From positions 3,170-67,169 of the forward strand of contig JAUNMP010000001.1 of the NCBI GenBank assembly GCA_030537465.1: a stretch of DNA of 64,000 bases. The letters run 5' to 3'. This document shows positions 40,359-50,227 of this stretch, one piece after another; within the stretch, counting starts at the first letter, position 1; each line of letters starts with the position of its first letter. The DNA comes from a bacterium. Lineage in GTDB: Bacteria > Verrucomicrobiota > Kiritimatiellia > RFP12 > UBA1067. The notes beneath the pieces are model-generated. The model was not told where the DNA came from and ran no database searches. It saw only the letters and a list, made by a program, of their open reading frames with translations. Both the position numbers and the translations under genes were made by a program.

Positions 40359-40676
40359 ATGGGTATTTTCGATCAGGTCAAGCAGGCTATGCAGATGCGC
40401 AACGAGGCCAAGCGGATTCAGGCGGAGATCGAGAAGATCAGCGTCGAGTACGCCAACGGCGGCATCTCCGTCACGGCGCGTGGCGACTTCTCAATTTCGT
40501 CGATCAAGATTACGCCCGAGGCCTGGGATGAAGCGGCCAAGGGTGGTCATGAGCGCTTCGAGACGATGCTCTTCAACGTGGTCAACGGCGCGCTCAAGAA
40601 CGTCAAGAAGACGACGCAGGAGCAGATGATGGCCGCCATGAAGGCTGGTAACATGCCGAACCTCTTCGGCAAGTGA
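40359..40676 (+). CDS. ybaB: Nucleoid-associated protein YbaB/EbfC
   Basis: ~105 aa with MQ-rich termini (QMQ...MMAAMKAGNMPNLFGK). Its conserved position directly upstream of recR supports the call. Confidence 0.8.
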   Translation: MGIFDQVKQAMQMRNEAKRIQAEIEKISVEYANGGISVTARGDFSISSIKITPEAWDEAAKGGHERFETMLFNVVNGALKNVKKTTQEQMMAAMKAGNMPNLFGK

Positions 40677-40680
40677 GTCG

Positions 40681-41292
40681 ATGCTCGCGCCGATTGACAC
40701 GCTCGAGCGCGCGCTCGCCCGCCTGCCAGGCCTTGGTCGCCGCAGTGCGGGACGCGCCGCGCTCGCGCTTCTGCGTGATCCCGAGCGACTGCTCGAACCA
40801 CTCGTTCTCGCGCTGCGCGACGCACGCGAGAACGTTTGTTGTTGTCCGCGCTGCGGTGCGTTCACCGTGCGGGGCGTTGAACCGTGCGCCCTCTGTTCCG
40901 ATGCGACGCGCGACGGGGCAAGTGTCTGCGTCGTCGAGGAGCCGGCGGACGTCGTCACGATCGAGGCCGCCGGGGCTTTCCATGGACGCTTCCACGTGCT
41001 GGGCGGAAAGTTGTCGCCGGCCCGGCGGGTCGGTCCCGACAAGCTACGCCTCGGTGAACTCAAGGACCGCATTGCCCGCGAAGGTTTTTCCGAGGTTCTG
41101 CTCGCGCTTTCGACTGACATGGAAGGTGATGCGACGGCGGGATTCGTCGCCGAATCCCTGCGCGACTGGCCGTCCGCTGCCGCGCCCGTGAAGGTGACCC
41201 GACTCGCCTTTGGACTCCCCGCCGATTCGGGGGTTGCCTATTCCGATCCGTTGACGCTGCGTCGCGCGATCATCCATCGTTGTTCTGTCTAA
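40681..41292 (+). CDS. recR: Recombination protein RecR
   Basis: HhH motif LPGLGRRSAGR. C4 zinc finger CCCPRCG...CALC. Toprim domain. ~200 aa. Lies 4 nt after ybaB. Confidence 0.9.
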   Translation: MLAPIDTLERALARLPGLGRRSAGRAALALLRDPERLLEPLVLALRDARENVCCCPRCGAFTVRGVEPCALCSDATRDGASVCVVEEPADVVTIEAAGAFHGRFHVLGGKLSPARRVGPDKLRLGELKDRIAREGFSEVLLALSTDMEGDATAGFVAESLRDWPSAAAPVKVTRLAFGLPADSGVAYSDPLTLRRAIIHRCSV

Positions 41293-41308
41293 TGGGATTG
41301 AAACGTCT

Positions 41309-44029
41309 ATGAAGAGACTTCTCTGTGGTGCTGCTTTGGTGTCCTGTTCGCTGGTATGGGCGGTGGATGCAACGCTCTCCGGGGATGGCAAGATTTCGCT
41401 TCCCGAATTGGGTGTCGAGATGGGGGTCAAGATCCACTCCGAGGGGTGGCGCGGTAGCCTCCGCGGCTTTTGCCTCCCGAAGCAGCGCTTCCCCGACGCC
41501 GAGACGGGGGTTGCGAAGTGGCGTGCCATGGCTTCGGCGAAGGACGCCACGACAAGGGCGCATGGCACGGTGGAGTTTCGTCCTGGTGCGGATGGGTCGG
41601 CGACAGTGAAGGCCGTTGCAGTTTCCGACGTGGACCAGAAGCCCGAAGCGGTGGTCTGGAGTCTGGATCTCCCGACGAGCCGCTTCGCCGGCGGATCCTG
41701 GTCGACGGAGTCCAAGAAGGGGACCTTGCCGGAAACCTTCAACGTGAAGCGGTCGGCCCTTTTCAGCGGGAAGTGTTCGCGCCTGACCTTGACGGACAAG
41801 AACGGGCGGAGCCTGACCGTTCAGTTCTCGGGGGCCACGTCGGTGCTCGTCCAGGATGGACGTCGTTGGAGCGAGACGATCACCGTGCGTCTGTTCAACA
41901 ACAAGCCCGTCTTCACGAAGGGGGCGAAGTGCGCGTTCGATTTCACTCTCGCCGCGTCCGACGGGGTGACGGTGAAGTACACGCACCCAACCATTGTCTC
42001 CGCCGGAACCGACTGGATTCCCGTCGACTATAAGAAGAACATTGTGGCGGGCAGTGCGCTCGACTTCTCGAACCAGGGACTGCAGGACGCCCCAGCCGGC
42101 AAATACGGTTGGCTGAAGAACGTCGGTGGACACTTCGAGTTCGAGGGACGCCCTGGCGTGCCGCAGCGCTTCTACGGTGTGAACCTCTGCTTCGGGGCCA
42201 ACGTGCCCGAGCACGCGGTAGCCGATGAGCTGGTGACGCGTCTCGTCCGCCTGGGCTACAACACGGTTCGCGTGCACCACTACGAACGCGACCTGCTGAC
42301 GAAGGGATACAAGGGAGGGCTTGATTTCAACGCCGAGGCCTTCGACCGATTTGACTATCTGATGGCGAAGTGCGTGGAGGCGGGTCTTTATGTGACGACG
42401 GACATCTTCGTGTCGCGTCCGGTTCGCTGGGCCGACATCGGCCGTCCCGAGCTCAAGGGCGTCGTGGAGGAGAAGGCCCTCTACAAGTGTCTGGTCGCGG
42501 TGGACGATGCCGCGTTCGCGGATTGGTGCAAGTTCGCGAAGCTCTTCCTCGAGCATATCAATCCCTATACGAAGCGGCGCTATCTGGACGAGCCTGCTCT
42601 GCCGCTCATCTCCCTGGTCAACGAGGGACAGCTCACCATGGGCTGGAGCCGTGGCGGGAAGGAGGACCCCGCGGTGCAGAAGGCCTATGCGGCGTGGCTC
42701 GCGGAGAAGCGTGCCGCCGATCCGCACTTCTGCCCCACGGCGCCGGCGACGTCCGACAAGCTTTCCGTCTACGGCAAGGACGGCAACGTGATGGCGCTCT
42801 TCATGACTGACATCGAGCGTCGGAGCGCGTCGCGGATGATCGCCTACCTGAAGGGCCTGGGCTCGAAGGCGCAGTTCACGAATGCGAACAACGGTCCGCA
42901 CCCCGTCGGCATGCAGAACGTGCGCGCAGACGTCTACGACTATGTCGACGACCACTTCTACGTCGACCATCCGCACTTCCTCGAGAAGAGGTGGCAGCTG
43001 CCGTCGAAGATCGGCAACCTCAATCCCGTGCTCGACAAGAACCTCGCGTTGATCAACCCCGCGTACGTGCGCCTGGCGGACAAGCCGTTCTGCATCACGG
43101 AGTGGAACTTCTCGGGTCCGGGCATGTACCGGGGCGTGGGCGGCATCATGACGGGGGCGCTCTCGGCACTGCAGGACTGGGACGGTCTCTGGAGGTTCGC
43201 TTATTCGCACAATGCGAAGGATCTCGTGGACGGTCCCTGCATGCCGGGCTACTTCAACGTGGGCACGGACCCGCTCGGACAGGCCTCGGATCGTGCGAGC
43301 ATCTGTCTCTTCCTGCGTCGCGATCTCGAGTCGCTGGAAGGGGGCGTTGCGCTGCGTGTGACTGACGAGGCGATTGCGGGGTCGACGAACCTCAACCGCG
43401 CGGTGATGGTGCGTCCGAAGTGGAGCGATGTGGCCTGGCGCTGTCGCGTCGCGACGGCGGGGCGTACGACGCGCATTCCAGCTGGAATGAAGGAGTTGTC
43501 GCTGACCGAGGCGCTTGCGCAGACGGAAGCGGCACCTGTTCCGACTCCCGAGTCACAGGCTTTTTCGCTGAATCGCGAGACGGGGTCGTTCATGATTTGC
43601 ACACCGCGCACGGCGGGCGGTTTTGTCCTGAACGGAACGCTTACCTGCGGCCCCGTCACCTTCACCGTCATTGACACGCCGGCGACGGTCTGGGCGAGCA
43701 GCGTGGACGCGGAGAAGTCCGATCTGCGTCATGCAAAGCGGATCCTCGTGACGCATCTCACCGACGTTCAGGCCGATGGGAACGTCTATGCGGACGAAAC
43801 CAAGACCGTGCTTCTGAAGTGGGGCCGTTCCCAACCGATCGCGCGCCGTGGCAAGGCGGAGGTCCGTCTCGCCCACGCGACGCCCGAGAAACTCGAGGTC
43901 TGGGTGCTCGACACGGCGGGCAACCGTCTGGATCTGGTTCCCTCGCGCGTGCAGGATGGGATGGTCGCCTTCACCGCCGAAATCGCCGCGCCCTTGGCAC
44001 GCATGAACTACGAGGTCGTCCTTCACTGA
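41309..44029 (+). CDS. Secreted glycoside hydrolase family 5-like enzyme (906 aa, with extra N- and C-terminal domains)
   Basis: Signal peptide. FYGVNLCFGANVPEHAVADELVTRLVRLGYNTVRVHHYE matches a GH5 TIM-barrel start. Conserved NEG (NEGQ) is present. Confidence 0.6.
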   Translation: MKRLLCGAALVSCSLVWAVDATLSGDGKISLPELGVEMGVKIHSEGWRGSLRGFCLPKQRFPDAETGVAKWRAMASAKDATTRAHGTVEFRPGADGSATVKAVAVSDVDQKPEAVVWSLDLPTSRFAGGSWSTESKKGTLPETFNVKRSALFSGKCSRLTLTDKNGRSLTVQFSGATSVLVQDGRRWSETITVRLFNNKPVFTKGAKCAFDFTLAASDGVTVKYTHPTIVSAGTDWIPVDYKKNIVAGSALDFSNQGLQDAPAGKYGWLKNVGGHFEFEGRPGVPQRFYGVNLCFGANVPEHAVADELVTRLVRLGYNTVRVHHYERDLLTKGYKGGLDFNAEAFDRFDYLMAKCVEAGLYVTTDIFVSRPVRWADIGRPELKGVVEEKALYKCLVAVDDAAFADWCKFAKLFLEHINPYTKRRYLDEPALPLISLVNEGQLTMGWSRGGKEDPAVQKAYAAWLAEKRAADPHFCPTAPATSDKLSVYGKDGNVMALFMTDIERRSASRMIAYLKGLGSKAQFTNANNGPHPVGMQNVRADVYDYVDDHFYVDHPHFLEKRWQLPSKIGNLNPVLDKNLALINPAYVRLADKPFCITEWNFSGPGMYRGVGGIMTGALSALQDWDGLWRFAYSHNAKDLVDGPCMPGYFNVGTDPLGQASDRASICLFLRRDLESLEGGVALRVTDEAIAGSTNLNRAVMVRPKWSDVAWRCRVATAGRTTRIPAGMKELSLTEALAQTEAAPVPTPESQAFSLNRETGSFMICTPRTAGGFVLNGTLTCGPVTFTVIDTPATVWASSVDAEKSDLRHAKRILVTHLTDVQADGNVYADETKTVLLKWGRSQPIARRGKAEVRLAHATPEKLEVWVLDTAGNRLDLVPSRVQDGMVAFTAEIAAPLARMNYEVVLH

Positions 44030-44086
44030 TTTTTGCGCTTGTCACCTGCCTCAAACAGGAGTATTATATTCACTTTCAAGGAGAAG

Positions 44087-45835
44087 ATAGTTAAAATGGA
44101 CATCACTGAAGAAATGCGTCGTCATTCGGCCGCCCATCTCGTGGCGCGGGCCGTGTGCAATCTGTTCCCCGGCACCCAGACGGACATCGGGCCCGCCACG
44201 GACGACGGCTTCTACTATGATTTTGATCTTGAGCACCGCCTTGCCCCCGAAGATTTTCCGGCCATCGAGAAGGAGGTCGCGCGCCTGATTGCGCTCGACG
44301 AGCCGTTCGTGCAGGCCAACATGACACAGGACGAGGTTGCGGCGAAGCTTGCCGGACAGAAGTACAAGCTCGAGCGTCTGGCGGACGTCGCCGCCTCCGG
44401 CGAGGCGATCAGCACCTATACGGTGGGCGACTACTTTGAGATGTGCATCGGTCCCCACGTGGAGCACAGCGCGCAGATTGGCGCGGTCAAGCTCATGAAG
44501 GTGGCCGGCAGCTACTATCGCGGCGACGAAAAGAACAAGATGCTCCAGCGCGTCTACGGCATCGTCGGCAAGGACCAGGCGGACCTCGACGCGAAGCTCG
44601 CCCAGATCGAGGAGGCCAAGAAGCGCGACCACCGTGTGCTCGGCAAGGACCTCGCGCTCTTCACGATCAATGACACCGTCGGCCCGGGCCTTGCCCACTG
44701 GCTGCCCCGCGGCGCCCGTGTGCGCGTCGCCATCGAGAACTACTGGCGCCAGAAGCACTACGAGGCCGGCTACGAGATCGTCTACACGCCCCACGTCGGC
44801 AAGTCCAATCTCTGGGAGACCTCCGGCCACCTCGGCTTCTACAAGGAGGGCATGTTCCCGGTGATGAAGGTGCAGGAGGGCGAGGGCAAGGACGCGTATG
44901 TTCAGGACTACTACGTGAAGCCCATGAACTGCCCGTTCCACATCCAGTGCTACCAGTTCAACAAGCATTCCTACCGCGACCTGCCTGTCCGCTACGCCGA
45001 GCTCGGCACGGTGTACCGCTACGAGAAGGACGGCGTGCGCCACGGCATGTTCCGCGTGCGCGGCTTCACGCAGGACGATGCGCACATCTTCTGCACGCCC
45101 GAGCAGATCGTCCAGGAAATCAAGGACACGGTCGAGTTCGCGAAGAAGATGCTCGGCAAGTTCGGCTTCCACGAAATCCAGGCCTACCTCTCCACCAAGC
45201 CGGAGAAGGCCGTGGGCGACCCCGCCCGCTGGGAGCAGGCGACGCAGTCCCTGCGCGACGCCCTTGAGCAGGAGGGGATGAGCTATGAGGTCGACGAGGG
45301 CGGCGGCGCGTTCTACGGCCCGAAGATCGACATGAAGATCAAGGACGCCCTGGGCCGTCCGTGGCAGCTCGGTACCGTGCAGTTCGACTTCAATCTGCCG
45401 GAGCGCTTCAATCTGACCTACGTCGGACCCGACGGCAAGGAGCACCAGCCCTACATGGTGCACCGCGCGCTGCTCGGCTCCATCGAGCGTTTCTTCGGCA
45501 TCCTCATCGAGCACTACGCCGGCGCGTTCCCGCTGTGGCTCGCCCCCGAGCAGGTGCGCGTGCTGCCGATCACCGACAAGCAGCTTGACTACGCGAAGAA
45601 GATCCAGGCCGCGCTCCGCGCCAAGGGTTTCCGCGTCGAAGTGGACACCGGCGCCGAGAAGCTCGGCGCGAAGATCCGCAACGCGCAGCTCTGGAAGGTT
45701 CCGTACATGGTGGTGGTGGGCGGACGCGACGAGGCCGCGGAGCAGATCTCCGTGCGTTCCCGCGTGGACGGCGACCTGGGGGCCATGAAGCTCGACGATT
45801 TCGCGGCCAAGCTCTCCGCAGAGCTGGACGCGTAA
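44087..45835 (+). CDS. thrS: Threonyl-tRNA synthetase lacking the N-terminal TGS domain
   Basis: Begins at the editing-domain HSAAHL motif. Class II motifs, a zinc site and the anticodon-binding domain are present (FRVRGFTQDDAHIFC, RALLGSIERF). AAGGAG precedes the ATG. Confidence 0.9.
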   Translation: MVKMDITEEMRRHSAAHLVARAVCNLFPGTQTDIGPATDDGFYYDFDLEHRLAPEDFPAIEKEVARLIALDEPFVQANMTQDEVAAKLAGQKYKLERLADVAASGEAISTYTVGDYFEMCIGPHVEHSAQIGAVKLMKVAGSYYRGDEKNKMLQRVYGIVGKDQADLDAKLAQIEEAKKRDHRVLGKDLALFTINDTVGPGLAHWLPRGARVRVAIENYWRQKHYEAGYEIVYTPHVGKSNLWETSGHLGFYKEGMFPVMKVQEGEGKDAYVQDYYVKPMNCPFHIQCYQFNKHSYRDLPVRYAELGTVYRYEKDGVRHGMFRVRGFTQDDAHIFCTPEQIVQEIKDTVEFAKKMLGKFGFHEIQAYLSTKPEKAVGDPARWEQATQSLRDALEQEGMSYEVDEGGGAFYGPKIDMKIKDALGRPWQLGTVQFDFNLPERFNLTYVGPDGKEHQPYMVHRALLGSIERFFGILIEHYAGAFPLWLAPEQVRVLPITDKQLDYAKKIQAALRAKGFRVEVDTGAEKLGAKIRNAQLWKVPYMVVVGGRDEAAEQISVRSRVDGDLGAMKLDDFAAKLSAELDA

Positions 45836-45871
45836 GCAGACAAAACAACAATCCAAACCGAGAGGTGACTT

Positions 45872-46483
45872 ATCGCTAACTTCACTCGTGTCAACTTCAA
45901 GATCCGCGTACCTTCGGTTCGCGTTCTTGACCAGAACGGCGCCATGCTGGGCGTCATGCCCACCAGCCAGGCCCAGCGCCTTGCCGACAGCCAGGGGCTT
46001 GATCTCGTCGAGATCACGCCGAACGCAGTGCCGCCCGTGTGCAAGATCATGGACTACGGCAAGTTCCGCTACGAGGAGTCCATCCGCGCGAAGAAGGCCC
46101 GCAAGGCCCAGAAGTCGACGCAGGTGAAGGAGATCAAGTTCCATCCCGGCACGGACATCGGGGATCTTCAGCACAAGCTGAAGCAGATCCGCGAGTTCCT
46201 CGGCGAAGGCAACAAGGTTCGTCTCTCGCTCCAGTTCCGCGGTCGCGAGAACGCGCACCGCGACATCGGCGAGGACAAGATCGCCGAAGTTCTGGAGATG
46301 CTGAAGGACGAGTGCTTCGTCGAGCAGGCGCCGAAGACCGATGGCCGAGTGCACTTCTGCCTGATCGGGCCGCCGCGCGCCAAGAAGGGCGGCGCCCCCG
46401 CCAAGCCCCAGATCGCAGTTGGATCTGCCGCCCCTGCGGGTGGAATCCAGATTTCGGTCGGTGCGCGTCCGCCGCAGGCGTAA
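45872..46483 (+). CDS. infC: Translation initiation factor IF-3 with a non-AUG (AUC) start codon
   Basis: The IF-3 N-terminal homology (NFTRVNFKIRVPSVRVLDQNGAMLGV) extends upstream of the first ATG (45944) to an in-frame ATC at 45872. An in-frame TGA lies at 45866-45868, and RBS AGAGGTGA precedes the ATC. infC classically uses AUU/AUC/AUA. Confidence 0.8.
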   Translation: MANFTRVNFKIRVPSVRVLDQNGAMLGVMPTSQAQRLADSQGLDLVEITPNAVPPVCKIMDYGKFRYEESIRAKKARKAQKSTQVKEIKFHPGTDIGDLQHKLKQIREFLGEGNKVRLSLQFRGRENAHRDIGEDKIAEVLEMLKDECFVEQAPKTDGRVHFCLIGPPRAKKGGAPAKPQIAVGSAAPAGGIQISVGARPPQA

Positions 46484-46578
46484 TTGTCAGGATCGCCGCA
46501 TCTGGCGACATGTGGAGAGGCCATGTGGCCTCTCCTTCTCTTTTGACTGAAACGGCCAGTTTTAGTACACTATCCGCC

Positions 46579-47937
46579 ATGGAAATGAACGTCTACAATT
46601 CGCTTTCCCGCCGCGTCGAGCCGCTCGCCCCGCTGGCGGACAACACGATCCGCCTCTACACGTGCGGACCGACCGTCTACAATTTCGCCCACATCGGCAA
46701 TTTCCGCGCCTACACCTTCGAGGACATCCTCCGCCGCGTGATCCAGTTCAACGGCATGAAGGTCAAGCAGGTGATGAACCTCACGGACGTCGACGACAAG
46801 ACGATCCGCGGCGCGAACGGCGCCGGCGTGAAGCTCACCGACTACACGAAGACCTACAAGGACGCGTTCTTCGCCGACCTGAAGCAGCTCAACGTGCAGC
46901 CGGCCGAGGTCTATCCCGCCGCGACGGACCACATCCCCGAGATGATCGCCCTCGTCCAGAAACTCGTCGAGAAGGGGATCGCCTACCAGAGCGAGGACGG
47001 CAGCGTCTACTTCTCCGTCACGAAGTTCCCCGGCTACGGCAAGCTTGCGCACATCGACTTCGACAACCAGCGCACGGGCGCGCGCTGCGCGGCCGACGAG
47101 TACGACAAGGAGAACGTCGGCGACTTCGCGCTCTGGAAAGCGTGGGAGGAGAGCGACGGTCCGGTGGGCTGGGACTCCCCGTGGGGCCGTGGACGTCCGG
47201 GCTGGCACATCGAGTGCTCCGCGATGTCGATGAAGTACCTCGGCGAGACGTTCGATCTTCACACCGGCGGCATCGACAACCTCTTTCCGCACCACGAGAA
47301 CGAGATCGCCCAGGCCGAGGCCGCGACGGGCAAGCCCTTCGTCAACACGTGGATGCACTGCGCCCACCTGCGCGTGAACGGCGAGAAGATGTCCAAGAGC
47401 CTTGGCAATTTCTTCACGCTCCGCGATCTGATCGAGAAGGGCTGGACGGGCCGCGAGATCCGCTACGTGCTCATCAACGCGCATTACCGCAGCGGACTCA
47501 ACTTCGCCTTCACCGCGCTTGAGGACGCCCGCAAGTCCCTCGCCCGCATCGACGCCTGCGTCGAGACGGCGACGGAAGGCCCCGTGCCCGAATGGGCCCA
47601 GAAGCATCTGGACGACTTCACGGCGGCCGTCAACGACGACCTGAACATCCCGAAGGCCTTCGCGGCGCTTTTCGAGCTCGTGCGCGACACGAACGGCAAG
47701 GGTGGCGCGGGGACGCTCGGTGTCTTCAAGCGCATGGACGAGGTGTTGGGCGTGATCTTCTTCGGCAAGGCGGAGAAGGCCGAGGTCCCCGCGGAGATCC
47801 AGGCGATGCTCGACGAGCGCGCCGCGGCCCGCGCCGCGAAGAACTGGGCCGAGTCCGACCGTCTCCGCGATGCGATCGCGGCGGCCGGCTGGCTGGTGAA
47901 GGATTCAAAGGCCGGACAGACGGTCACGAAGAAATGA
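46579..47937 (+). CDS. cysS: Cysteinyl-tRNA synthetase
   Basis: HIGN (HIGH) and KMSKS motifs. TCGPTVYNFAHIGN. The ~450-aa length is typical. Confidence 0.95.
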   Translation: MEMNVYNSLSRRVEPLAPLADNTIRLYTCGPTVYNFAHIGNFRAYTFEDILRRVIQFNGMKVKQVMNLTDVDDKTIRGANGAGVKLTDYTKTYKDAFFADLKQLNVQPAEVYPAATDHIPEMIALVQKLVEKGIAYQSEDGSVYFSVTKFPGYGKLAHIDFDNQRTGARCAADEYDKENVGDFALWKAWEESDGPVGWDSPWGRGRPGWHIECSAMSMKYLGETFDLHTGGIDNLFPHHENEIAQAEAATGKPFVNTWMHCAHLRVNGEKMSKSLGNFFTLRDLIEKGWTGREIRYVLINAHYRSGLNFAFTALEDARKSLARIDACVETATEGPVPEWAQKHLDDFTAAVNDDLNIPKAFAALFELVRDTNGKGGAGTLGVFKRMDEVLGVIFFGKAEKAEVPAEIQAMLDERAAARAAKNWAESDRLRDAIAAAGWLVKDSKAGQTVTKK

Positions 47938-48569
47938 GGGGAAAGTTCATCACCTTCGAAGGGCCGGAGGGCGGCGGCAAGTCCACGCACGTGCGTGAGC
48001 TTGCCGAGCAGCTCCGAGCCGAAGGCAAGACGGTTCTTGTGACGCGCGAACCCGGCGGGACGCGCCTTGCGGAGCTGATCCGCGGACTCGTGCGCGAGGA
48101 GGTGGAGGATCCGCCCGTCACACGCTGCGAGGTGCTGCTCTTCATCGCCGCGCGCGCGCAGGTTGTCTCCGAGGTGATTCGTCCCGCGCTCGCTCGTGGC
48201 GAATGGGTCATCTGCGATCGCTTCGCGGACTCCACGTTCGCCTACCAGGGCTATGGCCGCGGCATCGACGTGGGGTTGCTGAAAAACTTCAACGACTTCG
48301 CGACTGAAGGGCTTGTTCCCGACCTCACGATCCTTCTCGATGTTCCGCCGGAAACTTCCAAGGCGCGTTTGGCCGAACGCCAGGCGGCGACGGCGACTTC
48401 GGCAGATCGGATCGAGCAGGCCGGTGACATGTTCCACCGCCGTCTGCGCGACGGGTTCCTCGAACTCGCCAAAGCGGAGCCCGACCGGTTCGTGGTGATC
48501 GATTCCTCGGGTCCCCGCGAAGAGGTCTCCGACAGGGTCTGGACGGCGGTGCGGAATCTTCAGGCATGA
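47934..48569 (+). CDS. tmk: Thymidylate kinase
   Basis: P-loop FITFEGPEGGGKST; DRF motif ICDRFADS. ATGA overlap with the cysS stop. Confidence 0.9.
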   Translation: MRGKFITFEGPEGGGKSTHVRELAEQLRAEGKTVLVTREPGGTRLAELIRGLVREEVEDPPVTRCEVLLFIAARAQVVSEVIRPALARGEWVICDRFADSTFAYQGYGRGIDVGLLKNFNDFATEGLVPDLTILLDVPPETSKARLAERQAATATSADRIEQAGDMFHRRLRDGFLELAKAEPDRFVVIDSSGPREEVSDRVWTAVRNLQA

Positions 48570-49549
48570 CGGTCGACGAGGCATACGCGCAGATCGAGAA
48601 GGCGGTCCAGCTTGGCCGTCCCGCAAACGGCTATCTTGTCGTCGGCGGAGTACGTGGTATGGCGGCCGAACTCGCCGATCGTGTGCTCAAGTTGCTCTTC
48701 GGCGAAGGCGATCTTCGCTCGCATCCCGACATCCATCGTCTGGCTCCGGAGAAAAAGAGCCGCATCATTTCGGTGGAGGCGATGCGGACGCGTCTGATCG
48801 ATCCAATGGGAGAGACCGCGTTTCAGGGTGGCTGGAAGGCCGGCGTCGTCTATGGTGCGGATCGCCTGAAAACTGAGAGCGCGAACGCGTTCCTCAAGAC
48901 TCTTGAAGAGCCACCGCCGCATACGCTCTTCCTGTTGCTGACGGACCAGCCCGAGCAATTGCTTCCGACAATCATTTCGCGCTGCCAGCGGATCGACTTG
49001 CCCGACGCGCGTGCCCGGACACTGGCCGAGCCTTTTCGGAATGGCGTGTTGAGTGTTCTGGCAAGCGAGCGTCTGAAAGGCGTGACGGCCCGTGCGGCGG
49101 CAGCGGGAAAACTCTGCGCGATTCTCGAGGGGTTGAAGGACCACGCCAAGGAGGAGGTCGACGCGGAGACCGACGCGGCAGACGACGGTCCCGGCGAGGA
49201 GACGGGCAAGGATGCCTATGAGGCGCTGGTCGCCTCGCGCTACAAGGATTTCCGCCGCGATTTCACGGCGACGCTGATGAGCTGGTTTCGCGATCTGATG
49301 GCCGTGGTGGCGGCTCCGCCGTCGCACTCGAGCTACGATGAAGGTGGCGACGCGGTGCCGCTCGTCAACGAGTCGAAGCGCGGCGTGCTGGAGACGCGTG
49401 CTGCGAAGCTCTCCCTGGCGTCGGCGATGTACAACATCGAGGCGATCGAGGAATTCGCCACATCCGTCGACGAGCGCAACATGAACGAGGAGTCGGCCCT
49501 CCTGTTCCTGATGGACAGGCTCCGGTTCGGCGTGGAGGTGGCCAAGTGA
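48566..49549 (+). CDS. holB: DNA polymerase III subunit delta-prime
   Basis: AAA+ clamp-loader-like blocks: AFLKTLEEPP, sensor II region and ISRCQ. ATGA overlap with tmk. Confidence 0.8.
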   Translation: MTVDEAYAQIEKAVQLGRPANGYLVVGGVRGMAAELADRVLKLLFGEGDLRSHPDIHRLAPEKKSRIISVEAMRTRLIDPMGETAFQGGWKAGVVYGADRLKTESANAFLKTLEEPPPHTLFLLLTDQPEQLLPTIISRCQRIDLPDARARTLAEPFRNGVLSVLASERLKGVTARAAAAGKLCAILEGLKDHAKEEVDAETDAADDGPGEETGKDAYEALVASRYKDFRRDFTATLMSWFRDLMAVVAAPPSHSSYDEGGDAVPLVNESKRGVLETRAAKLSLASAMYNIEAIEEFATSVDERNMNEESALLFLMDRLRFGVEVAK

Positions 49550-50223
49550 CGGAGATGCCCGTCGTCGCGCAGGTGGTGATGCCTGAGAAGGGGCTCTTCC
49601 TGGTGCGCTGCAATTGCGAGCCTCCGCGCTATGGCGCACAGGTTCTGGTTTCCCTCGACTATGGGCAGGACCTTGGCATGGTGACCGAGAGTGGCGAGTA
49701 CGATCCCGACCGTCATGGCTCCCGCCTGCCGGGATTCCAGCTCCTGCGTCTGAAGGCTCCCGAGGACGAGGCTGTGCTGGCCGAGAACGAAAAAATCTCG
49801 CTTGCCATGCGCACGACCTTCATGAAGGCCGCGCAGCCGATGGTTCCCGATCTGCGCGTGCCCTATGCGCGTCTGTCTTTTGCGCGCACTCGGCTTTTCA
49901 TTCGCTTTGTCTGCGGCGCGCAGCGTCCGGATCTCTCAAAGCCCATTGCCGAGATCCGTCGGCTTTTCGGGGTCTCGGTGAATGCCTGGCAGATGGGGCC
50001 TCGTGATGAGGTGAGCGTCATGGGCGGACTGGGCCCCTGTGGTCGCGCCTGCTGCTGTGCAACCTGGCAGAAGCGCTACCCGGCACGTCTTGCCGCTGAA
50101 CGCTTCAAGGGAGGCAACCCGGCAATGCTGAACGGCACATGTGGACGCTTCAAGTGCTGTCTTGCGTTCGAGAATGACGAAGTTGATGAACTTTCAATCA
50201 AAAAAGACTCAGAGAGGGAATGA
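49546..50223 (+). CDS. ricT: PSP1 C-terminal domain protein (RicT/YaaT-like)
   Basis: PSP1 Cys cluster GPCGRACCC...CGRFKCC. Conserved synteny after holB, as in Bacillus tmk-holB-yaaT. GTG start overlapping the holB stop. Confidence 0.7.
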   Translation: MTEMPVVAQVVMPEKGLFLVRCNCEPPRYGAQVLVSLDYGQDLGMVTESGEYDPDRHGSRLPGFQLLRLKAPEDEAVLAENEKISLAMRTTFMKAAQPMVPDLRVPYARLSFARTRLFIRFVCGAQRPDLSKPIAEIRRLFGVSVNAWQMGPRDEVSVMGGLGPCGRACCCATWQKRYPARLAAERFKGGNPAMLNGTCGRFKCCLAFENDEVDELSIKKDSERE

Positions 50224-50227
50224 GACG

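Noticed and set aside
44033-44086. TTG-initiated 18-codon extension of thrS
   Set aside because: It covers the AAGGAG RBS of the ATG start, and the ThrRS homology begins at MDITEEM. The TGS domain could not fit in any case.
41270-46354. Long - strand ORFs (41270..43210 and 44051..46354) antisense to the GH5 enzyme, thrS and infC
   Set aside because: thrS and infC on the + strand are unambiguous. These are GC-driven open frames.
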